Below the pieces are notes generated by a model. It did no database searches. It was not told where the DNA came from and saw nothing but the letters and a program-made list of their open reading frames with translations. Below are positions 1 to 13,460 of a stretch of DNA of 64,000 nt, one piece after another. Position numbers and translations under genes: made by a program. Positions within the stretch are counted from its first letter, which is position 1. Each line of letters starts with the position of its first letter. Origin of the DNA: Lama guanicoe (Eukaryota); contig MU055785.1 in assembly GCA_013239625.1 (NCBI GenBank), positions 13,241,861 to 13,305,860 of the forward strand, written 5' to 3'.

Positions 1-175
1 TGTGAGAAAGCCCGCCTCTTCCTTGTGGGAAGACCACAGGGAGACGTCCTGATCGAGGGAGAGGACGGTGTGCAGCCAGCCGAGCCCTTCCGGAACGCTT
101 GATGCACAGAGACAGTAAAATGATCATTTTACGATACCGAGTTCTGAGGGTGACTTGTGACACCACGACAGGTTA
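1..175 (+). mobile_element. 3' part of an MLT1-type LTR
   Basis: cacagagacagtaaaatgatcattttacgataccgagttctgagggtgacttgtgacacc resembles the MLT1 3' end. Confidence 0.4.
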
Positions 176-1856
176 GCTGGAGCCCTGGGTACCCGGAGAG
201 GTTGAAATATGCCAGCCTCACAGCTACTCGGGGCCATTTGAGCTCTGTTCCGCCTGACTCTGCTTCCCTGCCACAAGGAAGCGACTCCTAGCTGAAGACA
301 TGCAGAGGGTTTGTCCTCTTCCACCCGAGGACCCTTCCCACTGCCCTGCCCTGCATCACCTCTAGCAGCTTGTTTCCTGGCTTCGTGCACCCAAGCCTCA
401 TTTAAATCCGTTCATGGCCAGAATGATAGGTTTTCTGCTTGCTTCCTTCCGTTGCAGCCTGACGTGGCGTCCCCAGCCCAAACCCAAAATGTGTAATGCA
501 AATATATCTCTCGGCATCTGTCCTGAGATGACTCGCTGCATCAGTTCATGAGTCCATCAAGTTCTTGCCAGACCCGTAATTAACTGTGAGGGGAGGACGG
601 GGGGCCGGCGCTCCGGCCTCTGATGGGAGCAGGTGCATTTCAGAACTGTGATCAGAGACCCCATCCGACCCGGAGGCCTGGGTGACTTCATCCTCCCGAA
701 GCTGTCCCCACCTTACTGGTCCTCAGAGAGCAAACCAGGTCCTCGATGTGGGGACACGTCGCGGCTCTGCGTGTTCCACGGGACGCATTCAGACTCCCCC
801 CGGACATCACCGAGCTGCCCCAAGACACTGGACTTAGCCGAGCCGTCTAAACCCTTTAAGTCCGGGGACCCCGGTCCAGATCGCGGGTCCTTCTCCTGTC
901 TGACTGGTCTTCATCAGAAAGTGGCACACGCCAGCGGAAATGAACTATTTCCCTTTTTAGAAAATGTGATGTTAATTTGTTTTCCGGCACCGAGAGCAAA
1001 AGCTTCGCACACGTGGCGCGCCCCTTCCCCAGTGTCCCGTGAGTGGCGTGGTGCCTGAATCCCGGAGTGGCCCCGGGGGCCGGCCGGGCCACGGGGCTCG
1101 GGCCGCGGCGCCGCGGCTTGGACGCTGTGTGACTTTATGCAGATGAATTCACCTCCTCGGGTCTGATCTGAAAGCGAGATGACAAAGAGCAGTAGTAGCT
1201 CCGTCGTGGGGCGCATGTGGGGATCAAAGGAGGCCGTTTATGACAAGGGCCCCCGTAGCGTGCCGGTTCACGTATTCTCCCCGGAGCAAAGCTTTCTCAG
1301 GTTCTCCCCGGCTGTCTCATGCCCAGGCTTCCTGGCCCTGCAAGAGCAACAGAGGCACGGAGCTCCCTCCCGACGGTGGCCCTTGTCAGCCGCTGAACCG
1401 CGCCGCCCCGCTGCCGGGCCCGCCTTCCTCCTCATCCCCCGCTGGTGCTCGAGGCTCACGGCTGACGGAGCTTCCGGAGCGGGTTGGCCGCGGGCTTTGC
1501 CTCCACCCTCAGGGCCACCTCGAACTTAGAAGGGACGGCGAAGGTGCGCGTCAGAGGAGCGGCAGTAGCCGTGGGCACCTGTGGGTTGACCGTTCCTCGC
1601 CTTGACTGTTTATAAGCCGACCCCAGAGGTCTGAGGCTTTTGTAATTTGTCACTTGACTAAGGCACATGTTCCCCTTCTGCTTTTATTATGTTTTACTCT
1701 CAATTTGTTTGGGCCAGAGGGGGTAGTAGGTAACACATTCACAGTTTCAGCCTCAAAATGTACCCAAACCAACATGCAAAAATGTACCCCTGCCCTCCGC
1801 TCACCCAGCTCCCTTCCCCGGAGGTCGTCAGAGCTCACACGTCATCACATCCCTTT

Positions 1857-2349
1857 NNNNNNNNNNNNNNNNNNNNNNNNNNNNNNNNNNNNNNNNNNNN
1901 NNNNNNNNNNNNNNNNNNNNNNNNNNNNNNNNNNNNNNNNNNNNNNNNNNNNNNNNNNNNNNNNNNNNNNNNNNNNNNNNNNNNNNNNNNNNNNNNNNNN
2001 NNNNNNNNNNNNNNNNNNNNNNNNNNNNNNNNNNNNNNNNNNNNNNNNNNNNNNNNNNNNNNNNNNNNNNNNNNNNNNNNNNNNNNNNNNNNNNNNNNNN
2101 NNNNNNNNNNNNNNNNNNNNNNNTACTTCGGCTTTCAACAATGTTGCTTCTTTTTTCTTCCACCTAACAGTGTACCTTGTAATTTTCCATGTCAGTACAC
2201 AGAGTTCTTTATTCTTTTNNNNNNNNNNNNNNNNNNNNNNNNNNNNNNNNNNNNNNNNNNNNNNNNNNNNNNNNNNNNNNNNNNNNNNNNNNNNNNNNNN
2301 NNNNNNNNNNNNNNNNNNNNNNNNNNNNNNNNNNNNNNNNNNNNNNNNN
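1857..2349. other. Assembly gaps (N 1857-2123 and 2219-2349)
   Basis: N-runs seen directly. Further gaps at 9151-9316, 9374-9501 and 45346-45561. Confidence 0.99.
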
Positions 2350-2959
2350 ACAATGTTGCTTCTTTTTTCTTCCACCTAACAGTGTACCTTGTAATTTTCC
2401 ATGTCAGTACACAGAGTTCTTTATTCTTTTTTTTTTTAAAGCATCGTGTATTATGACATAGGGCTTCAATTAACCTGAACCAACATCCTTATTTTTAACT
2501 GGTCTTGGGGTTACACCATCTCTTGCCCGGAAATGTTACTCCGAATCACCTTGTCCAAACACCATCTTGAATTTCTGGGATTGTGCCTGAGAAACAAACT
2601 GCAGGGGTGAGCCAGCCGAGTGAAACGGTCTAGGCGTCTGCAAACGCTGTGGGTGCTGACATGTCACGCAGAAACTGCTTCCCGCCGCCATCGCCCTCAC
2701 CCACGTGTTGCTAACAAGTTGCCCGATCTCTTAACGCTCACGTGTGATCTCCTCACTAGTGACTGGAGTGGAGTTTTAAGATGCTGCTGCCAAGCCACGC
2801 CAGTGACTCCCGGGAAGTTCTAGAGGCGTCCGTGGCGCCGGGACCTGCCGTGTTCCCGGAGCGTCTGTCCTGTGTGCGCGGTGGGTCCGCTGTCCTGACA
2901 GCTGCTGGTGAGCACGTGCGGTGCACGGGCCCCCCGCTGCGTCTCATCTAAATCCTCAT

Positions 2960-3520
2960 CTAATCTGTGCCCTCTGCTATAATCTCTCCTCAGTCCCAGC
3001 TCCCATCTGTTCTTCTCAAAATGGCCAGAGTCTTCTGTTTAAAACATAAATCAGATCGTGGAACTTCCTATTGTTTCAGCCGTCCAGAGCGTCCCATCAC
3101 ATCTGAAATAAAATCCCAGCTCTTCACCATGATCCCCGAGACCCTGGGTGATCTGGTCCCTGCCCGCCTTCCCGGTCTTACCCTTTATGCTCCTCACATC
3201 AAATGCTCATCTCCTTCCACCCTGGCCTGCGCTTCATGGGCCAAGCTTGTTCCTGCCACAGGGCCTTTGCACCTGCTGTACCCTCTGACTGAACTCTTTG
3301 TGCGACTGCATCATTCAGATTTTTAGGTCTTAGCTCACTGGTCACCTGTTTCCTTTTCTCTCTAGAGCTCACCAGGGTGACATTACCTTGTTTGTTTACA
3401 ACTGTCTCTTCCCACGAGAATGTAGAGTCCAGGATGGAAGGAAGGGCCTTGTCCATTTTGAGTGCTTACATCCGTTCCTGGAACAGAGCGGGGACTGAAA
3501 TACTCACTGGGTGAATAAAC
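2960..3520 (+). mobile_element. L2 3' fragment
   Basis: aaacataaatcagatcgtg...ctgccacagggcctttgcacctgctgt...gaatgtagagtccaggatggaaggaagggccttgtc...gtgaataaa. Confidence 0.7.
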
Positions 3521-5699
3521 CCACGAATGGTCTTTGCAACAATACCTTGAATTGTCTTGGTGAAGAATCAGGATCAGGGGGTCCTTGAGTTCAGAGTGTG
3601 AGGAAGATTTGCTGAATGACTGAATAAATGAATGTTATGATATAATGAGTTAGAGCATGTTGACCCATTGTACAGACGGAGCAATAGGCTAAGAGGGTCT
3701 GTGTGAGCTGGGAGAATGGTGTCCCAGGAACCAGTGATGGGAGCCCCAAGGTTTAGGACGAGGCACGCAAGTGGAAACCAGTCTCATTGTGCTCCGTGCT
3801 TTCTTCCCCCGAACCTGCTCTCCCCTCCAGTTCTCATGCTCTCTGTGACAGGCGGGGACATACCGGTCACCCACTCAGGGACTTACGAAGCAGTTTGTAT
3901 ATGCGGGTGTTGTGCCGAGCACTGTCGGACATACGGACCTTTTCTTAAGATGCCATTCCAGTTGGCAAGGACTTCACAGCTTCGCCCAAGCCTGAGGCTT
4001 GCTAGTCTTAGGAAATACAGCCCTGCTTCACCTTGCTCTCTCATGCCAGGCTGCACGTGGGCCTTGGGGACCTGCAGGGAGCAGAACAGCTCGGGCTGTG
4101 CCCCAGAAAGCTAGCTTGGGACCCCAGGAGGCTTCACATGTTGCCTGCTGAATACCTGCTAAACCCTCGTGGGAAGGAATCTTCTAACTCCGTAAGGCTG
4201 ATTGGAGGGTCTCAGAGTGGGAAGCTGAAGTTTTGTGTTTGTACTGAGTAATCAGATAATTACCCCCCACCCGGACTCTGACCTCATGGACTTCACTGCC
4301 CATTTGAAAAGATGGAGAGTAATTGAGTCAGCACACCAGGAAATATTCAGTAGCGGCGCTGGCAGATGCTGTAAAGGAGAGGTGTGTGGGTTGTAAAGCA
4401 CTAGGAACTTTAAAGAATTTTTCACTCAATAAAAAAAAGTTTTAAAGGAGAAGGGGAGAAGACGGGTATGGTGTCGGAGAACTCACAATAGGAGGGTGCA
4501 TTACTTCGAATATGGGTCAGTCGCTTGTAAACGTGATCTTGCTGAAGGCGGCGTAAGTTAAAGGAGAGAGAGAGTGTTGTTTGTCTGTCACATCGGCGCC
4601 TGCGCGGTTTGGCGCCTCTGCTCGGCTCGGCTCGGCCATCAGAAGCCCGGGTTCCTTCTCTGGTTGCTGTGGTTCACTGCGGGCTGCCTTCGTCCGCAGG
4701 ATCCAAGGTGGCGCCCCAGCCTAGCCAAGGAGAAGATGGAGAGACGGAGGGAAAGGAGGGCAGAGATGCCGGACCGCAGGGAAGTGTTTCTGTCTTTATC
4801 TAAAGAACGATGAGACGTTTTTAAAATATTTTGAGCAGGATGTGGCGGCAGATCACGCTTATGTAGACAGTATTACTGATGAACGTGGAGGAGACGGATT
4901 GCGAGAAGCCGTCCCAGGAGATGCAAGCATCGTATTAGACCAGAACGATCAGCCATGATAAGGGCGAGCTGTCCGTCCTGTCTCCCCGCTGCTCCCTTCT
5001 TCCCCGCATCCCTGCGGGACCAGGGGCCCCATCCACCCTCTCCTGTGCCGCCTTCCACATCCGCTGGTACCAAGCTTGCTGGAGTGACAGCCAGACTCCC
5101 TGAGCTGGTCAAAATACTTGAGCTTATTGTTCAGGTGGGGAAAAAAAAGAATATGGAAAAGAGGCAGCCTTTTAGCCCAGAGAGATTATTCTGACAACTT
5201 TAAATCAGTCCTCCAGACCCCTTGCTACCTTCTCAAAGGCACGGTGACAGGCTGTTCCGAGGTGGTTCTGCACGCCTTTCCTGGGGAACCTAATAGCTTC
5301 CTTCTTTCCGTTTTCCACATCACATTAATTCTTTATAAGTGGCCCTTATTATTCCTTACTTGTTCCATCTCAAGTGCAGTATTTTCTCACCAGCAGTGTG
5401 TAAACTAGGCCAGCTAAATGGCAAAGACACACCATCCATCATGCCTTTAATTTTCCACCTTGGGGAGGAAGCACTGAGGCTTAAGTTAAGGATGAAAGCA
5501 AGTCACCTTAATACTTCACTGGCTCTTTGGCTGAGGCTCTCACCCTCCCATTTCTGCACCGGGGCAGACAAAAGGAAGCCCCTCTCTGGGAATCGCAAGG
5601 GCCACCACCACGTAGGTTTGCATCACTTTGGATACAAGGGTCTGCTGGTGCCGTAGAGCCTCCCCACCCCCAACAAAATCATTGATTTAGCAAGAAAGG

Positions 5700-6070
5700 A
5701 CTTGATTTCTTTTTTATTTAAACATTTGACTGTAAGAGGCAGGTCCACTCTGCAAAGGCATCAGTTGTCAGCCTCCTTCCAAACTGTTTCCCCATCACCC
5801 TGAGGTGTTGTGGTGGTGGACACAGTCCAAGGTGGTGCCTCACCACGGAAAGTTCCAGCCCACGGGGAGGGGCAGAGGGGGAGCAGAGGGCCTGCCTCTT
5901 CTGTGCAAGGGCAGAGCCAGAAGTTGCACCTGTCATTCCCACCGCACCCTGCGGACAGAACGCACACACATGGCCACACCTAGCTGCAAGGGAAGCTGGG
6001 AGGTGTCCTCCTGTAGCCTAATTGGGTCACGTGCCAAGCTGGGAGGCGTCATGCAAGAAGGGCAGAGCTA
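5700..6070 (-). mobile_element. Old MLT1 (J/K-like) LTR fragment
   Basis: ...cacatggccacacctagctgcaagggaagctgggaggtgtcc... is characteristic of old MLT1 LTRs. Confidence 0.5.
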
Positions 6071-6649
6071 GTGTTCGCAACACCACAGGGACTCTGGGGA
6101 AAATGCAGAGCATGACTATGGTGGAAGGAAAACCACGGTGGAGTCGGGAGACCAGGAAGAGCGGGTTACGCAGCCCTTCCGGAGGCGAGGCCCGCCTGCA
6201 GAGACACTTCCTCCCGGCTGCCTCCGCTGTACCTGCGTGCTCAGAAGAGGCCTGAGGGCGAGGGCACAGATGACGTGAGGACGTCTTTACTAAGCATTGT
6301 GGTTGCTTCATTCCCTTCCCAAAACAGCCCTTAATAGTGTCGTCTTGCAGCCATGGAGAAGAGCTGTCCCCTTGCAGGAACAGACCAGGTGCCTTTCCTG
6401 GAGCCCCGTGGTGATGAAGACCCTTGGTTTCATGGTTCACATGGGAGGCAGGGGGTTCCAGTGAGAAGGACGGAGCTGACGTGTATGAAATTGAAAGAAA
6501 AGAAACCACAGACGTGCCTGGCAAGCAAGGACATGCCCTCCCCTGGCTTTACTATTTACGCTCATGCCCTGGTCTGCAAAGAAGTTTAGGTGGTTCACAA
6601 TAGTCTCTCCAATGTGGGAAGCCAAAACAAACTTCCAAGAAACAAAGAG

Positions 6650-6835
6650 CTTGCTGGGCATCGTTCTAAGCACTTTATACATAGTCCTCCAATCTCAACC
6701 TGTTTACGGAGTAGGAACTGTATTTATCCCTGGTTTGCAGACGAGGAAACGGAATGGGGCAGGTTTAGGCAGCTGGTGCACGGGCGAGCTAGGGTGTCAA
6801 CCCCGGCGGTCTAGCCCAGAGTCAGGGTTCCTAAC
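6650..6835 (-). mobile_element. MIR SINE
   Basis: gggcatcgttctaagcactttatacat...ggtttgcagacgaggaaacggaa...tctagcccagagtc. Confidence 0.6.
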
Positions 6836-9124
6836 CTCCCGCGATAACTTGACAAAGAGAAGATGAAAGCATGAAAGCCAGGTCAAAGCAAGAACGAGGC
6901 GGATCCACAGAAGGGAAGCCAGGAAACACCGGGCTCTGGCTGGGGCGGACCAGCGGCGTGCCTCCTAGTCTTCCAGCAGCCCTCAGTGATCGGAGCTTCC
7001 AGTCGAAAGATTCTAAGTGCCCAGCTCTCGGGCAGACGGGAACAGTTTGTCCGGAGAAAAGCGTAGTCCAGGTGACACCCGAAACGCATCGCTGCCGTGC
7101 ATCCTTTTGTGTGCAACGTGCTGCAGGCTGCAGTGTCGCTCATTCATGGGACACATGTAGTGGGATGCTTCTCGGCACCAGGCTCTCGCTCTTCGAGACC
7201 TAAATGCACTGACTAGACTAAGACCCTTCTGTCTCATGATTTATAGTCCAGAGGAGAGAGAAAAGAGAGAAGGGGCGGAGGGACAAATGAAGGTATGGCA
7301 TGTCAGAGGAATACAAGCACACTGAGAAGTACTGAGGCGTGGAGAGGCTCGCCGGCCGAGTTTAAGCTGTCAGCTGAGTCCTCTTGGACAAAGTGATGTC
7401 TGACACTCGAATAAAGTCCCAGAGGGAGGCTCCTGGCTCTGCAGGGAAAGGGTGTCCCGGGAAGAGGGACAGCTAGCCGGATTTGCGACCCTGCTAGGTG
7501 TATCCAAGGACCAGAAGTGTGGCTGGGGCAGGATGCATGAGGGCACAATGGCGGGGGTCAAGGTCAGAGAGGAGACAAGGGACCACTCATGATGTTACCA
7601 GTCAGATCGAGCATGTCAGGAATTTAGGGGGCCTGAGCCCTCTGCAGTCTCCTTTCTGCAGCCAAAATCACGTCCGGATGTGGTTTATAAAGACAGATGC
7701 GGAGAGCACAAACGAGCTCTCCGAGGGGGAAGCAAAAAAAAAAGCTTTCACCCACCGCGTCAGGGGTGAACGTCTGTGTTTCTAACGAATGCACGTCAAA
7801 AGAACAGAGCAGAGATTTTCATCCCCAACCAGTGAAGTGTGGAGGAAGGGTGGGTGGGAGGGCAGGAAATAAAATAAAAGCACAATTTCCATTTTCCATT
7901 TATGCCATCAGCTTTTTATTAGCCAGGTGACACGGAGACAGAGCCTGTGCTCCACGTGGCCTGCGGAGGGAGCAGTAAAACCTGACAGGTAATTCGCTAA
8001 ATCAAGACAGTCAGCAAACATCTGTTGAGGATGATAATATTCAAGGGGTTTCATTGTTTCTAGGAAAACTTAGTTACGCTGGGCTGGGATTAATTTTTCA
8101 TTGTCTCCAGTTTAAAGGGGGACTGCTTACGCAGCTGCCTCAAATAGAACCTTGATTGCATTCTGTCTTTTGCCAAAATCTTGAAAGACCAAACGGGGAA
8201 AAAAAAGTTAAATAAAATCAAAGACCTACTTCAGATGTATTGAAGTCATCTCTTTCTTTCTTCACCACATTCTCTTTTGATCAGTTCTGCTGCTCTCGTG
8301 TGATCATGTGGTTAACAAGACAAGGGAGAGGAGAGGTTGAGGAGTCAACTCTGGCCAAATGTATTAGGCAAAAAACGTGAAATAGCGTGTAAACCTGGAC
8401 TGAATGCAGCCGGGGTTATTTTCTCATCATGAAGCGCCTTAGCAACAGGAGAGGAGCTGAGAGGTAGAAATGCAGGGGACTGAAAAATGCACACACGCAC
8501 GCACACACCGCCGTGGTCACGCTGAGAAAAGCCGCAAGACACGTCCTGACGTTTCATTGGAACGCCGCCACTGCGATGTGCTCTCTGTTGTCAGTTTCCT
8601 TTGCAAATAATTAACAACACTTGAGCGCATTCATGGGCCTTCACAAATCTTGTTTTGACACGCATGGCAGGCAAAGCTGCTCTGATGAATGAGTTGGGTT
8701 GGACTTCCTTCCAGAACCTGGTTGGTTTTTTCCTTCTTTTTCTCTGCAGTCACTCCCCTGATGTGTGTTTTGCTGATGCCAGGAATGGAAACCAGACTAC
8801 AGTGGCCAAACCAAATAGTTTTTTTTTTCCCCTTTTGACACAGCACGAGGTTCAGGGTTGATGCTAGGGCGGGGGCAGCTTTAGTGGCTGCACACAGGCA
8901 TCAGGGACCCAGGCACCTTCTCTCTTCCAGCTCAGCCACCTGTGGCATGTGCCCATCACTCCCCCCACCCCCGCCACTTTCTCATGCTCACAAGATGGCA
9001 GCCATACCTCCAGGCATCTTATTTGTGTTCCAGGTGGGATGGATGGGGGGAAGGTGTGAGGGAAAATCAATAGGTGAAGGCCAGCCAGGTCTGTCTCTTT
9101 TAATTAGAATAATAATAACTTTCA

Positions 9125-9883
9125 TGGCTATCATCATCAAAATGTCCACANNNNNNNNNNNNNNNNNNNNNNNNNNNNNNNNNNNNNNNNNNNNNNNNNN
9201 NNNNNNNNNNNNNNNNNNNNNNNNNNNNNNNNNNNNNNNNNNNNNNNNNNNNNNNNNNNNNNNNNNNNNNNNNNNNNNNNNNNNNNNNNNNNNNNNNNNN
9301 NNNNNNNNNNNNNNNNGAAAAGATGAAAACTCTAATTCAAAAAGACACATGCACCCCAGTGTCCATAGCAGCANNNNNNNNNNNNNNNNNNNNNNNNNNN
9401 NNNNNNNNNNNNNNNNNNNNNNNNNNNNNNNNNNNNNNNNNNNNNNNNNNNNNNNNNNNNNNNNNNNNNNNNNNNNNNNNNNNNNNNNNNNNNNNNNNNN
9501 NTCCTAGAGATGGTCATGCTAAGTGAAGAAAGTCAGACAGAGAAAGACAAATACCATATGATATCACTTACATGTGGAATCTAAAAAATAATACAAATGA
9601 ATCTATATATACAAACCAGAAATAGACTCACATACAAAATAAATTTATGGTTACCAAAGGGGAAAGGGTGGGAAGGATAAACTAGGAGTTTGGGATTAAC
9701 AGATACACGCTAGTATACATAAAATAGATGAGCAACAAGGGTTTACTGTATAGCACAGGAAACTATATTCAATATCTTGTAATAAACTATAATGAAAAAG
9801 TATCTGAAAAAATATGTGTAACTGAATTGCTCTGCTGTACACCTGAAACTAAGACAGTATTGTAAATCAACTATAGTTCAATT
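9125..9883 (+). mobile_element. 5'-truncated L1 (end of ORF2 plus 3'UTR), broken by two N-gaps
   Basis: The peptide MKTLIQKDTCTP matches the L1 ORF2 C-terminus. 3'UTR reads agtcagacagagaaagacaaataccatatgatatcacttacatgtggaatctaaaa...tgtaaatcaactatagttcaatt. Confidence 0.88.
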
Positions 9884-10265
9884 GAAGTATACCATAAAAT
9901 TCAGCCTTTTAAAAGTGTAAAATCTTTTTGTATGTAACAGATTTGTACAACCCTCACCACTACCTAATTCTAGAACATTTTCATCACCCCGAAAGGAAAC
10001 CCCACACCTATGAGCGATCAATCACCCAGCCTTCTCTCCACCTCCTGCCCTCACCCTGTCCTGGTAACCACTAATCTCACTCCATCTCTGTGGGTTTGCC
10101 TGTTCTGGACATTTCATATAAATGGAATCATACAACAAGTGGCCCTTTTTGTCTGGCTTCCTTCACTGAGCATTGTGCTTTCAGGGTTCATTCATGTTTT
10201 TGCACGTGGCAGTGTTTCATTCCTTTTTGTTGCTAAATAATATTCCATTGTATGGATGGAACACA
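9884..10265 (-). mobile_element. L1MB-type 3' end
   Basis: ccataaaattcagcctttt...tctagaacattttcatcaccccgaaaggaaacccc...ctggacatttcatataaatggaatcatacaa. Confidence 0.8.
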
Positions 10266-10289
10266 TGCACCTGGACACTTTCCCCTGAC

Positions 10290-10872
10290 AGCTTTCTGGA
10301 GGTATAACTGACAGAATTGTATATTGAAAGAGTATGGTGTGATGACTTGATATATGTAGATGTTGTTAAATGGTTACTACCACAGTCAAGTTAATCACAC
10401 ACACCACCTACTCACAGCTACCTTTTTTTTTTTTAGTGTAAATGCATAAGATCTAATCTCTTAGCAGATTTCAGGTATACATCACAGTGTCACTGACTAC
10501 AGTCACCATGCTGTACATTAGATCCCAGATCTTACCCATCTTTAAATTTCTTTTTTAATTTTAGAACCTATCCATCTTAATAACTAGAAGTTTGTGCCTG
10601 TGGGGCCAGCATCTCCCCATCCCTGCCACTGCCAACAGCCCGTGGCAACCACCATTCTACTGTTTCTAGGAGTTCAACTTGAAAAACAAGATTCACATAT
10701 AAATGATACCAGAAGGTATCTGTCTTTTTCTGGCTTATTTCACTTAGCACAGTGCTCTCCAGTTTCATCCACGTTGCTGCAAATGGCAGCATTTTCACCT
10801 TTTTCATGACTGAATAATACTCCATTGGGTATACTGACCACATTTTCCTTCTCCATTCATCAGCTGGGGACC
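10290..10872 (-). mobile_element. L1MA9/10-type 3' end
   Basis: Minus-strand ORF MWSVYPMEYYSVMKKVKMLPFAATWMKLESTVLSEISQ is the L1 ORF2 C-terminus, followed by 3'UTR sequence. Confidence 0.85.
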
Positions 10873-13324
10873 TATGCTCTTAATCCCATCTTTTGCTGTC
10901 TCTGGTAACTGCTGGGAGAAAAACTGGCAAATTAAGAGTTGGGGATGTACCAACATTTATGCCTGGAGGCTGTGGCCCCGGTCAGTGTGGAAGGGAAGAG
11001 ACAGGGTTTGGAAGACACGCCCTCCCGGAGCCAATGGTCCTTGTCTCCCAGGCTCCCTTGGAACCCAGGCTAAGCTCCCGTGAAGTAATGCACTGAACGC
11101 TGAGATCAGCATCTGTTCCCAAGCCTTGGAAACATTCCTCTTGTAAGCTAATTGGCCCAAGAAGGGATCGAGCAGCGCCTTCGGGCACTGGGTACCCTGC
11201 TCTTATAACTCAGCCCTCCCTCTGGCCTTGCCCTGCTAAAGTGGCTACTGAGCTCTTCAGAGTTTCATGACCCTTTTTTGGGGTCACGAAGGGAGCCTCT
11301 GCCTTTAATCCTCCCCCCACCTCCCAGGGCATGAGACGAGTCCTCCTCCTTCCCATGAACCAGGCATCACACTTTTGGTCCTGCCCCCGCTGCCCTGATA
11401 GAAGCCGGGAAACGCCACCTTCCTCGATGGTGACCTCGTGTGACTCTGCGGTGACTCTGGGGACCTGCGGCCGGGTCTCCTAACGCCATCTGTGTTCTTT
11501 GCCGAATCCGCAGGAACTGCGTGCTATCATTCTGTCCTATTTCAAACTAAAGCCAACTCATTTCTTTTCTTCATAAACAAATACATTTCAAGAGGAAGCT
11601 TTCTGTTATGACTGAATATGGAAAACCCAGTCTCCATAAATAGAAGGCAAACATAAAAATAAATGCAATTAAATTCTTGGCCTGGGGCCCACTCCTCTCC
11701 CCGTGGGTGGGGACTTGAGAGCCTAAAAGCCTCCCCTCCTCCTCTCTAAATGCCCCAAGAGAGCCTTCATCTTAATCCTTCTCTTTTGTAGGAACAGAAG
11801 GATGCATTTGAAATTAGAATGTAGGTCATGCCTTGAAGCTCAGCAAGCTGTGTGCCTCCCACCTCCCGCCCCTAGAAACTCCCGCTTAAAACCCGTCTTG
11901 AGTGATCACTGCCGTGTGGGTGCCTGGCTCTGGGAGCTGTTGGGTTATCCGATGGTGACTTCTTGCCCTGTCATTCAAGGCCTCATCCAAGGGTCACTGT
12001 CAATCCCTATCTTCCTCCTTAACCAGCCCTCCTTCATCTCCGTCCCAGCGCCTTGGGTGCCCATACATAGCTTTACTCTTCCTGGTTCCAGAAATACCGG
12101 CCCAAAGTCATTCCTGCCTTCGAAGCCTGCTTCTTAGCTGGTGAGTGATTACCCAGTGCAAGTTACTTCCCCCAGTAGACCCTTCCCTCCTATGAAGCTT
12201 GCCTGTGGCCGGGAAATTTTAAGGTTATGTGTTTTAAAAAGATAGCAATAATAAAGTTATAATTAGGAAAGCAGCAATATCATAAAAAGGCATTATTCCA
12301 AACAAAAGCGACGGGTTTTAGGGGGTTATTCATGCCACTGCCTTCTAACAATTAAATCAGTTTCCCCAGGTCTCTTCAGAAGGATGCTGCGGCTACAAAC
12401 AAGTACACACTGACAAAGAGACACCGGTTCGTGCATGGAAGTGGCGAGTGGCACCATCTTGCAATAGTGGGAAAGCTGCAGGAATGGGGCTCAGCCCCTG
12501 GGAGCGGCCTCTGTGCCGCTGGGTCGCTGGAGAATGGGTCACGATTGAACCCCCACTGCTGGCCTTTGTTGACAAATTGTTTCCACTCGAATGTCTTCCA
12601 TTAAGGGTGTATCAGTCATCATATTGATATGTTACTGTGAAAACTGTCGAAAGACTGACACTTGGTGCAAATACACTGGGTTGGGGAGAGGATGAACCTA
12701 TTACTCACATGACCCGCTCCTTCTCCTACGAAAAAACACCTTGATCTCTGGTTCCCTAGTCAAATAATTTTGGAAAATAGTGCAAACTTGTATCCCCTTT
12801 CTTGGAGCGTCCCAGTGCACATCACTTAGTAAGGCTCTGATAAGTCCTGCAGGATGGAAACTTTTTGCTTCCTGAATGTATTGGGTGGCAGAACCTCCCC
12901 CCGCATGGGTACCCTCAGGGAGCCCGCTTAGAGAGGTGGTGTGTTCACTGTGTGCTCTGTGCCCTCCTCGGTGCTGGGCAGGTGAGAGGGAAGGAGAGAA
13001 GGATGAGGAGCCAGAGTGAGGCTTTCAGTCTCGAATGGGAGATAAGGCTACTTGATGCTGACCTGGAATTAACCCGGATGCCCGTCCTGATCCACTGGGC
13101 TGACGGACCCAGAGGCAGATAAGCGTGGTCTGGGTGCCGTTAGGCAAGGCTTCCTGGAGGAACGTGAACTGCTCCAGGACTGGACAGGCAGCTTAGATTT
13201 AGGTAAAGAGGAAAGGGGAGGTCAGGGAGAGGCAACAGCTCAGATGATGAGACCGCAGAGCGTGGCGCTCCCAAGCAGCGAGGAAAGATTCAGGCAGAAG
13301 ACAGGGGTTCAAGGACCACCATGT

Positions 13325-13460
13325 GCACTGGCTTTGGGACCTTGGCCAGATGCGTTCCTCTCTCCAAGCCCCTGTTCTCTCACCGATAAAATGGGAATCA
13401 TACCGTGGAGAGTGGTCATAAGGATGAAACAGGTTACCCATGTAAAGATCCTGGCACAAC
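13325..13460 (+). mobile_element. MIR SINE
   Basis: accttggccagatgcgttcctctctccaagcccctgttctctcaccgataaaatgggaatcatacc...catgtaaag. Confidence 0.65.

Noticed and set aside
2138-2430. Identical ~81-bp sequence at 2138-2218 and 2350-2430
   Set aside because: The copies sit on either side of an N-gap and both end at the same T-run. This is the typical signature of unmerged overlapping contig ends, not a biological repeat.
1654-2456. Long ORFs spanning N-runs (also 8884-9526 and 45233-46033)
   Set aside because: Their length is an artefact of N codons translating as X.
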